A stretch of 64,000 bases of DNA from a virus, in the IMG/VR virus record IMGVR_UViG_3300030419_006726, positions 90,916 through 154,915 of that record; one strand, written 5' to 3'. Positions 18,256 through 27,800 of this stretch are shown here, piece by piece. Positions within the stretch are counted from its first letter, which is position 1. The number at the start of each line of letters is the position of its first letter. A program made the translations under genes and the position numbers. The notes under the pieces are model-generated. The model was not told where the DNA came from. It saw only the letters and a program-made list of their open reading frames with translations, and ran no database searches.

Positions 18256-20184
18256 ATGAAGAGGTCTGATCTAAAAAAGATTCTTATGGAAGAGGCGCTT
18301 TCTATTTTAAGTGAGAAAATGTCTGAAGAGGATCGTTGCGAAAAGATAATGGCAATGACCATGCAACAAATCGCAGACAACATGCTGCAAGACGAGTGGA
18401 GAGAGTGTCGGAAAAATGTAGATCTCAGGCAGAGAATCAAAGACAAGATTGATGACTCTAAGCCTGAAGAGCCGGCTGCAACATCATCTCCCGAAGAAGG
18501 CCCAACTGGGACACCTCCAGAAAGCATCACAGACCGCCCAGATCCTAGATCCGCCGGCAAAGCAAAACCAACAGGAGTTGCCCCGGGCGAAAGACCAACA
18601 AAAGTCCAGCCTACCGAGAAGCCCGCAGATGCAGCCGCAGAAGAAGAGGACGAAGACGCTATTTATGGTCTAACCTCAAAAAAGAATCCAGAGTCTCTAC
18701 TAAACATCTTAAGTAAAGCCGGCTTTGAAACAGGCGTGATTCGTAAAGTGATTGCTAAAATGAAGCAATTAGCCGATGACGATAACATTGTGCTCGAAGC
18801 AGTCTCTCTTAGAGGCCGCGGCAGCGAACAAGACAGAGTTATGAACTCTGAAAGTGTTGGAGAATTAATATCATTAGTTAGAAGCCTGGGTCTCGATGCA
18901 GACCAGAACAGAGCTATGATGAAAGCTCTTAACAATTGGGGCAACAGAAATACAGTTAGATTTGAAAAGCCGACATATGCTCCTGCTGCCCAACCCGCGC
19001 CAGAAAAACCTGCTGCGGGGCCAGAGAAACCTGCTGCGGGGCCAGAGAAAGAGGAGCCTCGCGCTGCAGGCGGGCTTACTGACGACCCCCCAGCCTACAC
19101 GACTGCAGAAGATCCCGCACAAACTGCAGACGTGGATGTCGGTGAATTTGGTCTTAGTTCCGATCCTCCCTCAGAAGAAGGCCAGACTGATATCGCCTAT
19201 TCCGGTTTAGGCTACGGAGATGCTTATGCGAAACGAAAGGAGGAAGAAGCCGTAGCAGCAGTTGGCGACATGGAAGAAAAAAGAAAGGCAGCGCTAGCTG
19301 CAGCTTTTGCTCGAAAAAAAGAAGCAACTGACAAATTCGAACGCGCACCTGAAGGCGACGAACTTCTATCGGCATCGAATGCCGTGATGGACGCAGAACG
19401 GAAATTTAAAAAGGCAAAAAAGGCTCTCGAAGCGGAGTCCTCCCCGGAAGCTGTTGAAAATTATCTGAAAGATGTGGAGGCTGACTTAGCTCGTATGAAA
19501 GACCTTCCCGCTGTTGAAGGGGATCCGTTTGATTTCACAGATTTCGATGAGAAAGAAGCCGCCGGTCTTGAGCCCGAAGGCGAAAAGGAGAAGCTTTCGA
19601 GAGAGGACTTGATAGCCCGGGCAATTAAAGATATTAAAAACATGGATGATATTCAAACGTTTCGATCTAGATATTTTGATCTCTTAAAAAAGACCGAATA
19701 TTGGAAAGACGCGGGCTATAACGATTATGGAAAAGCAAAACATATTATTGACAAATCTATGGGAGACATTATAGCCAATGCAGATGAGATCGTACATGCT
19801 ATTTCTAACCGATTGCAACTAGATGATGAGCACATTGAAGATATAAAGAAAATAACAAATTTTGGCGATAAAGAAAGAAGATTTGTACGACAATTAATAA
19901 TGCTCTCAGCTGCAAAATTATGGGTCGAAGAGAAGTTTCCAAAAAACCCAGTGCTAGATGATAAAACATACAAGAGGTGGAGAGCTACAAAAGGCGGCCA
20001 AACTTTAGTTGATAGATTGACTGACCCGAAGGTTCTTGCATCATTTGGGGAGGAGGTCGCATCCTCTGGCGATCAGCCACTTGCGAGAACTGGCGCGGAC
20101 GTGCGGCAGCTTGATGTTCAAGACTCGCTTCAAGAACAGAAGACATTTAATCGTTGGAAATTATTAGCAGGAATAAGGGAGTAA
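18256..20184 (+). CDS. Large acidic Pro/Ala-rich protein, probable internal head protein
   Basis: N-terminal MKRSDLKKILMEE tag; C-terminal LQEQKTFNRWKLLAGIRE resembles the scaffold end RMKELAGIK. Confidence 0.6.
   Translation: MKRSDLKKILMEEALSILSEKMSEEDRCEKIMAMTMQQIADNMLQDEWRECRKNVDLRQRIKDKIDDSKPEEPAATSSPEEGPTGTPPESITDRPDPRSAGKAKPTGVAPGERPTKVQPTEKPADAAAEEEDEDAIYGLTSKKNPESLLNILSKAGFETGVIRKVIAKMKQLADDDNIVLEAVSLRGRGSEQDRVMNSESVGELISLVRSLGLDADQNRAMMKALNNWGNRNTVRFEKPTYAPAAQPAPEKPAAGPEKPAAGPEKEEPRAAGGLTDDPPAYTTAEDPAQTADVDVGEFGLSSDPPSEEGQTDIAYSGLGYGDAYAKRKEEEAVAAVGDMEEKRKAALAAAFARKKEATDKFERAPEGDELLSASNAVMDAERKFKKAKKALEAESSPEAVENYLKDVEADLARMKDLPAVEGDPFDFTDFDEKEAAGLEPEGEKEKLSREDLIARAIKDIKNMDDIQTFRSRYFDLLKKTEYWKDAGYNDYGKAKHIIDKSMGDIIANADEIVHAISNRLQLDDEHIEDIKKITNFGDKERRFVRQLIMLSAAKLWVEEKFPKNPVLDDKTYKRWRATKGGQTLVDRLTDPKVLASFGEEVASSGDQPLARTGADVRQLDVQDSLQEQKTFNRWKLLAGIRE
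19000..19050 (+). repeat. 21-bp tandem repeat (PEKPAAG x2.4)
   Basis: CCAGARAAACCTGCTGCGGGG at 19000 and 19021, with a partial copy at 19042. Confidence 0.9.
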
Positions 20185-20188
20185 ATCA

Positions 20189-21088
20189 ATGAGTACCAAT
20201 ATTACAAAATCACAGCTTAAAAAACTATTAAAAGAAGAATTCAAGAGAAGATTGAAAGAGAGGGCCGACCCTGCAGGGGTGGATCCAAATCGATTCCCGA
20301 CAAAATTAAGTCAAGTAAAGGCAGATCCTGAAGATGCTAGGCGCGATGCCACTGGCGGTACCGCTGACGGTGCACAGCCCGACGATGTTATTGGTGTTAC
20401 TCCAAATTATACAGCACCGGTCGCCCAACTAAAGCCCTCTCAGTCGAGTATGAATATTGCAAAGGCCATGGCCCAGGCGCTATCAATGCTTGCTGGTAAA
20501 ATGGATACTGGTGGAGATTTGGGAGCATTTATTAGTAACGATGGTCACATTATGGATGGCCACCATCGCTGGGTTGCGACTGCAATGGTGGATCCTTCAA
20601 AAGAGGTTGGCGGATATCTGGTGGACTTTCCTGGCACCCAGTTGATTGCAATTCTAAACGCTATCACGGTTGGTCGCCTAGGCAATCCCGATGGGAAAGC
20701 CGGAAAAGGAGGCTTTGAACAATTTCAGCCAGAACCAATCTTGAGGCAGTTGACGGAATACTACCAAAACGGTATCCCTGGAAAATTCCCTTGGTCACCA
20801 GAAGAGGTGCAGCAAACTGTGCACGAACACGGCGGTGGAGAAGGGGAGCAAGCTATTCGAGCACTAGCTGGTAGGTTTGCAAAAAATGTGACGGCTCTTA
20901 AATTTGAGGTTCCACCCGGCGCCCCCGCAAGACCTGACATGCCCGTTATTGATGGCGACAAGGCTATCAAGACAGCTGTCGGAGCCCTTGCTGGCGGCGA
21001 GGTAGATGTCAATGAACCGTATGCCGATCAGCAGGAAGTTGCAGAGGCAAAAACATATGATCGCTGGAAAGAACTTATTAAAGGCTAA
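20189..21088 (+). CDS. ParB/Srx-like domain protein with N- and C-terminal tags
   Basis: LKPSQ and ISNDGHIMDGHHRW are ParB-N motifs; N-terminal NITKSQLKKLLKEE; C-terminal YDRWKELIKG. Confidence 0.7.
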   Translation: MSTNITKSQLKKLLKEEFKRRLKERADPAGVDPNRFPTKLSQVKADPEDARRDATGGTADGAQPDDVIGVTPNYTAPVAQLKPSQSSMNIAKAMAQALSMLAGKMDTGGDLGAFISNDGHIMDGHHRWVATAMVDPSKEVGGYLVDFPGTQLIAILNAITVGRLGNPDGKAGKGGFEQFQPEPILRQLTEYYQNGIPGKFPWSPEEVQQTVHEHGGGEGEQAIRALAGRFAKNVTALKFEVPPGAPARPDMPVIDGDKAIKTAVGALAGGEVDVNEPYADQQEVAEAKTYDRWKELIKG

Positions 21089-21092
21089 AAAA

Positions 21093-21524
21093 ATGAAAAG
21101 ATCAGAATTAAAACAAATTTTAAAACCCTTAATTAAAGAATGCATCAAAGAAGCAATTCTTGAAGAGGGGCTGTTGTCAAATGTTGTTTCAGAAGTTGTT
21201 AAAGGCTTGGGAACAAACACGATTGTTGAGCAAAAAGCCCAACCGGCTCCAAGACTAGCGATTAATGAAGAACGCGAGCGGGAACAAATTAGGGCTCAAA
21301 CCACCAACACAAGAAAGAAAATGCTTGATGCTATTGGTGCTGCTAGCACGATCAATGGCGTTAATATTTTTGAGGGCACTGAGCCACTTAGACGCGGCGG
21401 TTCAGCCGGTCCTGCCGGCCCCTCTTCACCGCTAGGCGATGTAGACCCTGGAGATCCAGGCATTAATATTGATGGCATCTTTTCTGTTGGCGGATCAAAG
21501 TGGAAGGCATTGATGGGTAAATAA
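21093..21524 (+). CDS. Hypothetical protein with MKRSELKQILKPLIKECIKE tag-like N-terminus
   Basis: ATG 21093 follows the previous stop; ends DPGINIDGIF...KWKALMGK. Confidence 0.65.
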   Translation: MKRSELKQILKPLIKECIKEAILEEGLLSNVVSEVVKGLGTNTIVEQKAQPAPRLAINEEREREQIRAQTTNTRKKMLDAIGAASTINGVNIFEGTEPLRRGGSAGPAGPSSPLGDVDPGDPGINIDGIFSVGGSKWKALMGK

Positions 21525-21525
21525 A

Positions 21526-21783
21526 ATGGCAAATAAAATAAATATTGCGGTCAAGGCCAGACCGAGAGAAAAGGCTGACAGATTAATAAGAAGATTTATC
21601 AAGAAAGTTAAAAAAGAAAAGATTGTTGAAAGGTTCCGCGAGAACAGGTATTACAATCCGCCATCCATAAAGAAGAGGCTAAAGAGAGAAAGGGCACAAA
21701 GACAGCGAGAGCGGGACTTGGCAAAGCTCAAAAAGAAGCAACAACGCAGATTAAAAAACAGACAAACACGAAATAAAAACTAA
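21526..21783 (+). CDS. rpsU: 30S ribosomal protein bS21 homologue
   Basis: VKARPREKADRLIRRFIKKVKKEKIVERFRENRYYNPPSIKKRLKR matches the bS21 pattern (LRRFKK...R.YEKPS.KR). Confidence 0.82.
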   Translation: MANKINIAVKARPREKADRLIRRFIKKVKKEKIVERFRENRYYNPPSIKKRLKRERAQRQRERDLAKLKKKQQRRLKNRQTRNKN

Positions 21784-21809
21784 TTATATAAGATTTAAGG
21801 AGAAAACAT

Positions 21810-22298
21810 ATGTCACGATGGTATAACGAAGGAAATAGCGCGTCCGAGAACGGCGCCGCGGGCCAGCGATTCAATCTTCGAAGCGGTGGAAGAAGTAGAC
21901 ACGTTGTTAATATTGCAGGGCCAGGAAGGACTGGAGATGCTGCATATACATTTACAGAAGCCACCAGCGCGCCATCGGCAGCAACAGATGGCTATAAGAA
22001 TGATGGCTTGCAGAAAACTTTGCATATTTTAGCGATGAACAACAATACTGGTCAAAATTGCGCTCTTAAGATTTGGGCTTATCATTCGTTTGCTGGCCAG
22101 TGGGCTATATTGCAGGGGGTGGATCCAACGGATGGCACTCATCACGACATTGTTCTTACGATTGCTGATGATAGCGATGATTATTTTATTGTTCCCATCG
22201 AGGGAGTAGAAAGGATTGCAATTCAATGCACCAATTATAATAGTGGTGCCAATGATCCGGAGAACGTGACAGTCTATTTGGGTGTGAACAGTATTTGA
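21810..22298 (+). CDS. Hypothetical virion protein
   Basis: ACTAATTA at 21779-21786 and AAGGAG RBS; beta-rich composition. Confidence 0.6.
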   Translation: MSRWYNEGNSASENGAAGQRFNLRSGGRSRHVVNIAGPGRTGDAAYTFTEATSAPSAATDGYKNDGLQKTLHILAMNNNTGQNCALKIWAYHSFAGQWAILQGVDPTDGTHHDIVLTIADDSDDYFIVPIEGVERIAIQCTNYNSGANDPENVTVYLGVNSI

Positions 22299-22321
22299 TA
22301 TTTTTCAGTGGGAGCAAGTAA

Positions 22322-24820
22322 ATGGCAGAATTTGGATGGTCATACATAAGTTGCGGAGATGTTCTTACCGGTTCTGGTGGGCCCCACGGAGCAGTTCAGT
22401 TCAAAACGCCCGGTGGTATTGATGGCTCAGCTGCATTTATTTATGACACCGGATCAAACAGGGTGGGAATTGGTCTCGATTGGCCAAACATGGATGGGAA
22501 TACCCTTCCAGATGCCGCACTACACGTTGTCGGAGATGTGTCCGTAACAGGAACGATTTACGCCACAGAGTATCAAATCCTTAATGTGACAAGGGTAGAG
22601 GAAGAGGGCTCCACAAAGTTCGGTACAAATGCGGATGACGATCATGAATTCACCGGTAGTCTAAAAGTCAACGGCACACTTACCACAAATGGCACAGTCA
22701 CTTTAGGCGATGCGTCAGATGACGTAATAACATCCACTGGAAAACTAACAGCTTCCGCTGGTATTTTGATACCTGATAGCGAGAACGCTACAGATCCGAC
22801 CAACACGACCGTTGGACTTCACCTTGGTACCGGTGCCGATTTAAGCATTTATCATAACGGTACAAATTCCCATATTGCAAACGCCACCGGAGATTTAAAA
22901 ATTCAATCTACCGTTAATTCGGCAGAGTGTATTTTAATTCGTGCGAATGGTGGAACATCAGAAACAATTAAGATATATTCTGATCAAGGCACAGCTGGCA
23001 ATTCTATCACATTGGCGTCAGACGCTGGTGGGATTTTGTTTAATTTAGATGCCACCAGTGGCAAGAAGATACACGCAGATGTCGAAAGCACTGATGCGGA
23101 TTCTATTCATTTAGACTCTGAGGGCGGGATTAAATTAGAGTCTGACGCGCATCCAGTTAATATTACTGGTGATCTTGTGGTCAGTGGAAGTAGTATTATA
23201 TTGGGCAATGCCGATACAGATGTTATATCATTGACCGGCCAAGTGACGGCATCAGCCGGTATTTTAATTCCCGATGCCGATGCTGTAGATAAAACTTTGC
23301 AAATCGGAACTGGTGGTGATTTTTATATTGCTCACGATGGTACTGATACGGCCCTTACAAATGCCACGGGTAAGCTTAAAATTACATCAACCGTCAACGC
23401 TGCAGAGGCTATTCGAATTAGAGCAAACGGCGGTACAGACGAAACAATTAAGATATATTCTGATCAAGGCACAGGTACTGATTCAATTTCGCTGGTATCA
23501 GATGCGGGTGGTGTCACAGTAGAGGCTGACCTATACGTTACACAGAAGATAGTTCATGTCGGTGATACTGATACTTATATCGACTTTACAACTGACGACA
23601 TAAATTTTCAAGTTGGCGGCGTCAATTTTCTAGATCTTACCGAGGATACTCAAAACGAAGTAACTTTTAATGAGGGTGGCGCTGACGTTGACTTTAGAGT
23701 CGAATCTGCAGATGAATCCCATATGCTTTTTATCGAGGGCTCTTCCAATAGGATGAGCATCGGTGACAACACAGGATCCCCCGGCGCTACATTAGAAGTT
23801 AAAAATCACGCTTCTGCCGGCGCTACTGGGGTGCCACTTGTGCAACTAAATAGCAACGACACCGACCAACAATGCCTCGATATTAATGCTTCTAATATTA
23901 CCGCAAACGTAGTTAATGTAACAGCAAACGCTGTAACAACAGCAAGAGTGCTTGCTATTGGCGCAGACGGATTAACAACTGGTAATGCTTTTTATGTTGA
24001 TGATAATTCAGCAGATACGGGAACAAGAAATACCGCAATCGTAATTCAGAATAATGCTGCAGCAATTGCCGCCACAGCGTTCACAGTACAATCAGATGGC
24101 GGTATTACAGGAATAAAACTAGACAAGAATTTCTCAGATACTACCGCAGCAACAGTAACCGGCCTGAATATAGATTTTGATAAGACTGGCGCCAGCACGT
24201 CAAACAACACCATGTACGGTCTCAATATTGACATGGACAACACGACAGCCACCAATGGTAACAACTATATGTATGGCTTACACGTCACCCCGACGCTTAC
24301 GCACGCTGCTGACGCCGGCGGAGCCTTTGTATACGGCGCGCTCATTAATGCACAAGGTGGAACAAACGGCAGCAGCCTCATCACAGGCGCAAGAGTCGAA
24401 GCAGGTGGCGGCGATATCAACTATGGAATCCAGCTTGACGTTGAGGATGGTGGTGTCGATCTTAGAATTGAAAGTTCGGCCGATAGTGGCGATTATTTCC
24501 AGATTCAAACCACCACCCACGGTGCAACAACAATTACAACAGTTGATGATGACGCTGCTGCTGCTGATCTTACATTTACTATTGACGGTGATATTATTTT
24601 AGGTCCTGCCGGCGGCGATGTTCTTCCGGACGGCGACAATACTAGAAATCTAGGCTCAGCTGCGAAGCGTTGGGCCAATATATATACCGGCGACTTGCAT
24701 CTTAAGAATGATCGCGGTGATTGGACAATTGTTGAGGAAGAAGACTTTTTGTGTGTAATTAATAATAAGACAGGTAAGAAATTTAAAATGAACCTGATTC
24801 CATTGGAGGATGATGAGTAA
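22322..24820 (+). CDS. Fibre-like virion protein
   Basis: T/G/D/S-rich beta repeats; GSTKFG...DDHEFTGSL; C-terminal NLGSAAKRWANIYTGDLHLKNDRGDWTIVEEED domain typical of T4-like fibres. Confidence 0.72.
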   Translation: MAEFGWSYISCGDVLTGSGGPHGAVQFKTPGGIDGSAAFIYDTGSNRVGIGLDWPNMDGNTLPDAALHVVGDVSVTGTIYATEYQILNVTRVEEEGSTKFGTNADDDHEFTGSLKVNGTLTTNGTVTLGDASDDVITSTGKLTASAGILIPDSENATDPTNTTVGLHLGTGADLSIYHNGTNSHIANATGDLKIQSTVNSAECILIRANGGTSETIKIYSDQGTAGNSITLASDAGGILFNLDATSGKKIHADVESTDADSIHLDSEGGIKLESDAHPVNITGDLVVSGSSIILGNADTDVISLTGQVTASAGILIPDADAVDKTLQIGTGGDFYIAHDGTDTALTNATGKLKITSTVNAAEAIRIRANGGTDETIKIYSDQGTGTDSISLVSDAGGVTVEADLYVTQKIVHVGDTDTYIDFTTDDINFQVGGVNFLDLTEDTQNEVTFNEGGADVDFRVESADESHMLFIEGSSNRMSIGDNTGSPGATLEVKNHASAGATGVPLVQLNSNDTDQQCLDINASNITANVVNVTANAVTTARVLAIGADGLTTGNAFYVDDNSADTGTRNTAIVIQNNAAAIAATAFTVQSDGGITGIKLDKNFSDTTAATVTGLNIDFDKTGASTSNNTMYGLNIDMDNTTATNGNNYMYGLHVTPTLTHAADAGGAFVYGALINAQGGTNGSSLITGARVEAGGGDINYGIQLDVEDGGVDLRIESSADSGDYFQIQTTTHGATTITTVDDDAAAADLTFTIDGDIILGPAGGDVLPDGDNTRNLGSAAKRWANIYTGDLHLKNDRGDWTIVEEEDFLCVINNKTGKKFKMNLIPLEDDE
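22961..23474 (+). repeat. Exact 34-bp direct repeat 480 bp apart
   Basis: GAAACAATTAAGATATATTCTGATCAAGGCACAG at 22961-22994 and 23441-23474. Confidence 0.9.
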
Positions 24821-27800
24821 TGGCTCTTATAGGTGAAATAACTGGTTCAGGTGGACTTACAGCGTCCGGAAGTGTTTTTATTAGTGGATCCCTACAACTT
24901 TCGCAAGAAACTGGTGATCCAACCATCCTTGAAAACATGGGTGGTGCCATTTATATTAAAGAAGACACAGATGGGGCAGACCAGTTTTATTTTAGAAATT
25001 CTGCCGGCACCGTTACACAATTAGGTTCTGCCGGGGCTGCAACCGATAATACTTGGACTGGAGTTAACACTTTTGATGGCGAGATAACTGCTTCAAGCGG
25101 ACTTCTTTTTGCTGATGATAAGAAGCTCTATTTTGGAACAGATAAAGACTGGTCAATTGAATATGATGAAGACGGTGACGATGATTTAGTAATGACGGGC
25201 GATAAGTTGAGTATCGAAAGTTCGACTGCCGGCAGACCCAGAGTTACAATTAAAAATACAACCAACGATGCAAACAGCGCGACATTGCGTTTCGTTAAAG
25301 ATAAAGGAGCCGCAGGTGCTGCTGATGACAATGTAGGGGTGATTGAGTTTTACGGAGATGACGCAAACCAAGATCAAGTATTGTTTGGGCGTATTAGAAC
25401 GCGAGTTGCGGTGCACACAAATGGCCAAGAAGGCGGAAAGATGCATCTTTCAGTTGCCTCCCATGATGGAGAATTAAATCACGGTCTCGTCATCACAGAC
25501 GGTAACGCCGAAGACGAAGTAGATGTAACAGTTGGTAATGGCTCTGCTTCTAGGACCACCATCGCCGGCGACATGACGATTACAACGATTGCAAATCCTG
25601 GTTCTGATGTGGACAAGTTCTTAGTTTCGAACAGTGGAGTCGTAGGGTTCAGGACTGGTGCAGAGGTCGCTTCAGACATTGGTGCTACGTCAACTACCGC
25701 AACCAACAACTTTACCGGCGATGTGACCGCCTCACAAGGCTTGACAATTCCTGATGATACTTTGTTGAGGTTCGGAAATGCTTCTGGTGGCGATGCCACT
25801 ATTGAATATGACGAAGACGGAACAGACGAGCTTCGGTTCGCTGGCGCTGCAGTAACATTCGAACAAGCAACCTCCTTTGATGCAAATGTGACACTAGGAA
25901 ATGCGGCATCAGATGTTACAACTGTAACCGGTCAGTTAACTGCATCTTCTGGCATAGCAATCACGGGCTCTATTCACATTGGTGCTAGCCTTACGAATGC
26001 TGGTGGCGATACTGACAAATTCTTATGCGTTGATCCAGACGGAGAATTGAGATTTCGAACCGGCGCAGAGGTTGCCTCCGATATTGATGCGGTGGCTGCT
26101 GATGCCAATATTACTTTCACCGGAAAATTGACAGCTTCAAATGGGCTTTTAATTAGCAATCTTGAGAATCCTGGCTCCGATGTTGATAAGTTCTTGGTTT
26201 CAAACAGCGGGTTAATTCAGTTTCGTACTGGAGCAGAAGTCGCTTCTGATATAGGTGCCACTTCAACTACCGCGACTAACAACTTTACCGGTGATATGAC
26301 TGCTTCACAAGGATTGGCTATTCCGGATGATACCTTGCTCAGATTTGGTAACGCTTCTGGTGGTGATGCCACTATTGAATATGATGAAGATGGAACAGAT
26401 GAGCTAAGATTTGCCGGCGCTGCAGTAACATTCGAACAAGCAGCCTCCTTTGATGCAAATGTGACACTAGGAAATGCGGCCACCGACGTTACAACTGTAA
26501 CTGGCCAACTAACAGCTTCTAATGGTGTGGCCATCACGGGCTCTATTCATATTGGTGCTAGCCTTACAAACGCCGGCGCCGACACTGACAAGTTTCTTTG
26601 CGTTGATCCAGATGGTGAATTAAGATTCCGTACTGGCGCTGAAGTGGCTTCTGATATTGATGCAACTGCAACCACTGCAACCAATAATTTTACTGGAGAT
26701 GTGACCGCTTCTCAGGGTTTGACTATTCCTGATGATACTTTATTAAGATTTGGCAATGCATCCGGCGGCGATGCCACTATCGAATACGATGAAAATGGCA
26801 CTGATGAACTTCGGTTCGCTGGCGCTGCAGTAACCTTTGAGCAGGCCGTTTCTTTTGATGGAAATGTGACATTGGGGCTCTCTAATGCAGATGCGGTTAC
26901 GGTTCCAGCACAACTTACTGCTTCAGAAGGTCTTCTCATCAAAGATGACAGGAAACTATATTTTGGCGATGGCCAGGATTGGTCAATAGAATACGATGAA
27001 GATGGCGATGACGACCTTAAGATGACTGGGACTACCCTCACAGTTGCAAGTGATACTGTTACTTTTACCTCAGAAGCATCAACCGATCCTTTGGTTATAA
27101 TTAAGAATTACACTAATGACGAGAACGGAGCGCGCCTACGGTTTGTAAAAGATAAAGGCGCTGCCGGCGCAGCAAATGATGTTGCAGGTGTTATTGAATT
27201 CTATGCCGATGACGCCAGTCAAGATCAGGTCTTGTTTTCTGAAATTAAATCTCAGGTTGCGGTACACACAAATGGTCAAGAGGGTGGTAAGTTAAGCTTA
27301 TCAGTTGCTTCTCACGATGGTGAAAGTCAGCCTGGACTTGTTATTACTGACGGTTCTGCAGAGGATGAAGTTGATGTAACAGTAGGCAACGGCTCTGCCT
27401 CTAGAACGACAATAAGCGGCGATATGACAATTACAACTATCGCAAATCCTGGCTCTGATGTTGATAAATTTTTAGTTTCAAACAGTGGCGTTGTGGGATT
27501 CAGAACCGGAGCAGAGGTTGCTTCAGATATCGGCGCTACGTCAACTACTGCAACCAATAACTTTACCGGAGATTTAACCGCTTCGCAAGGTCTGTCTATC
27601 CCTGACGACACTTTGTTGAGATTTGGTAATGCTTCTGGTGGTGATGCTACATTTGAGTACGACGAAGATGGCACAGACACGCTTTTGTATGCCGGCGCCT
27701 CTTTAAGAATTTCTGATGATGTAAAATTAGAGTTTGGCTCTGGAGGAGACGCTACAATTGAGTATGACGAAAACGGCACAGATGAGCTTCGTTTCGCAGG

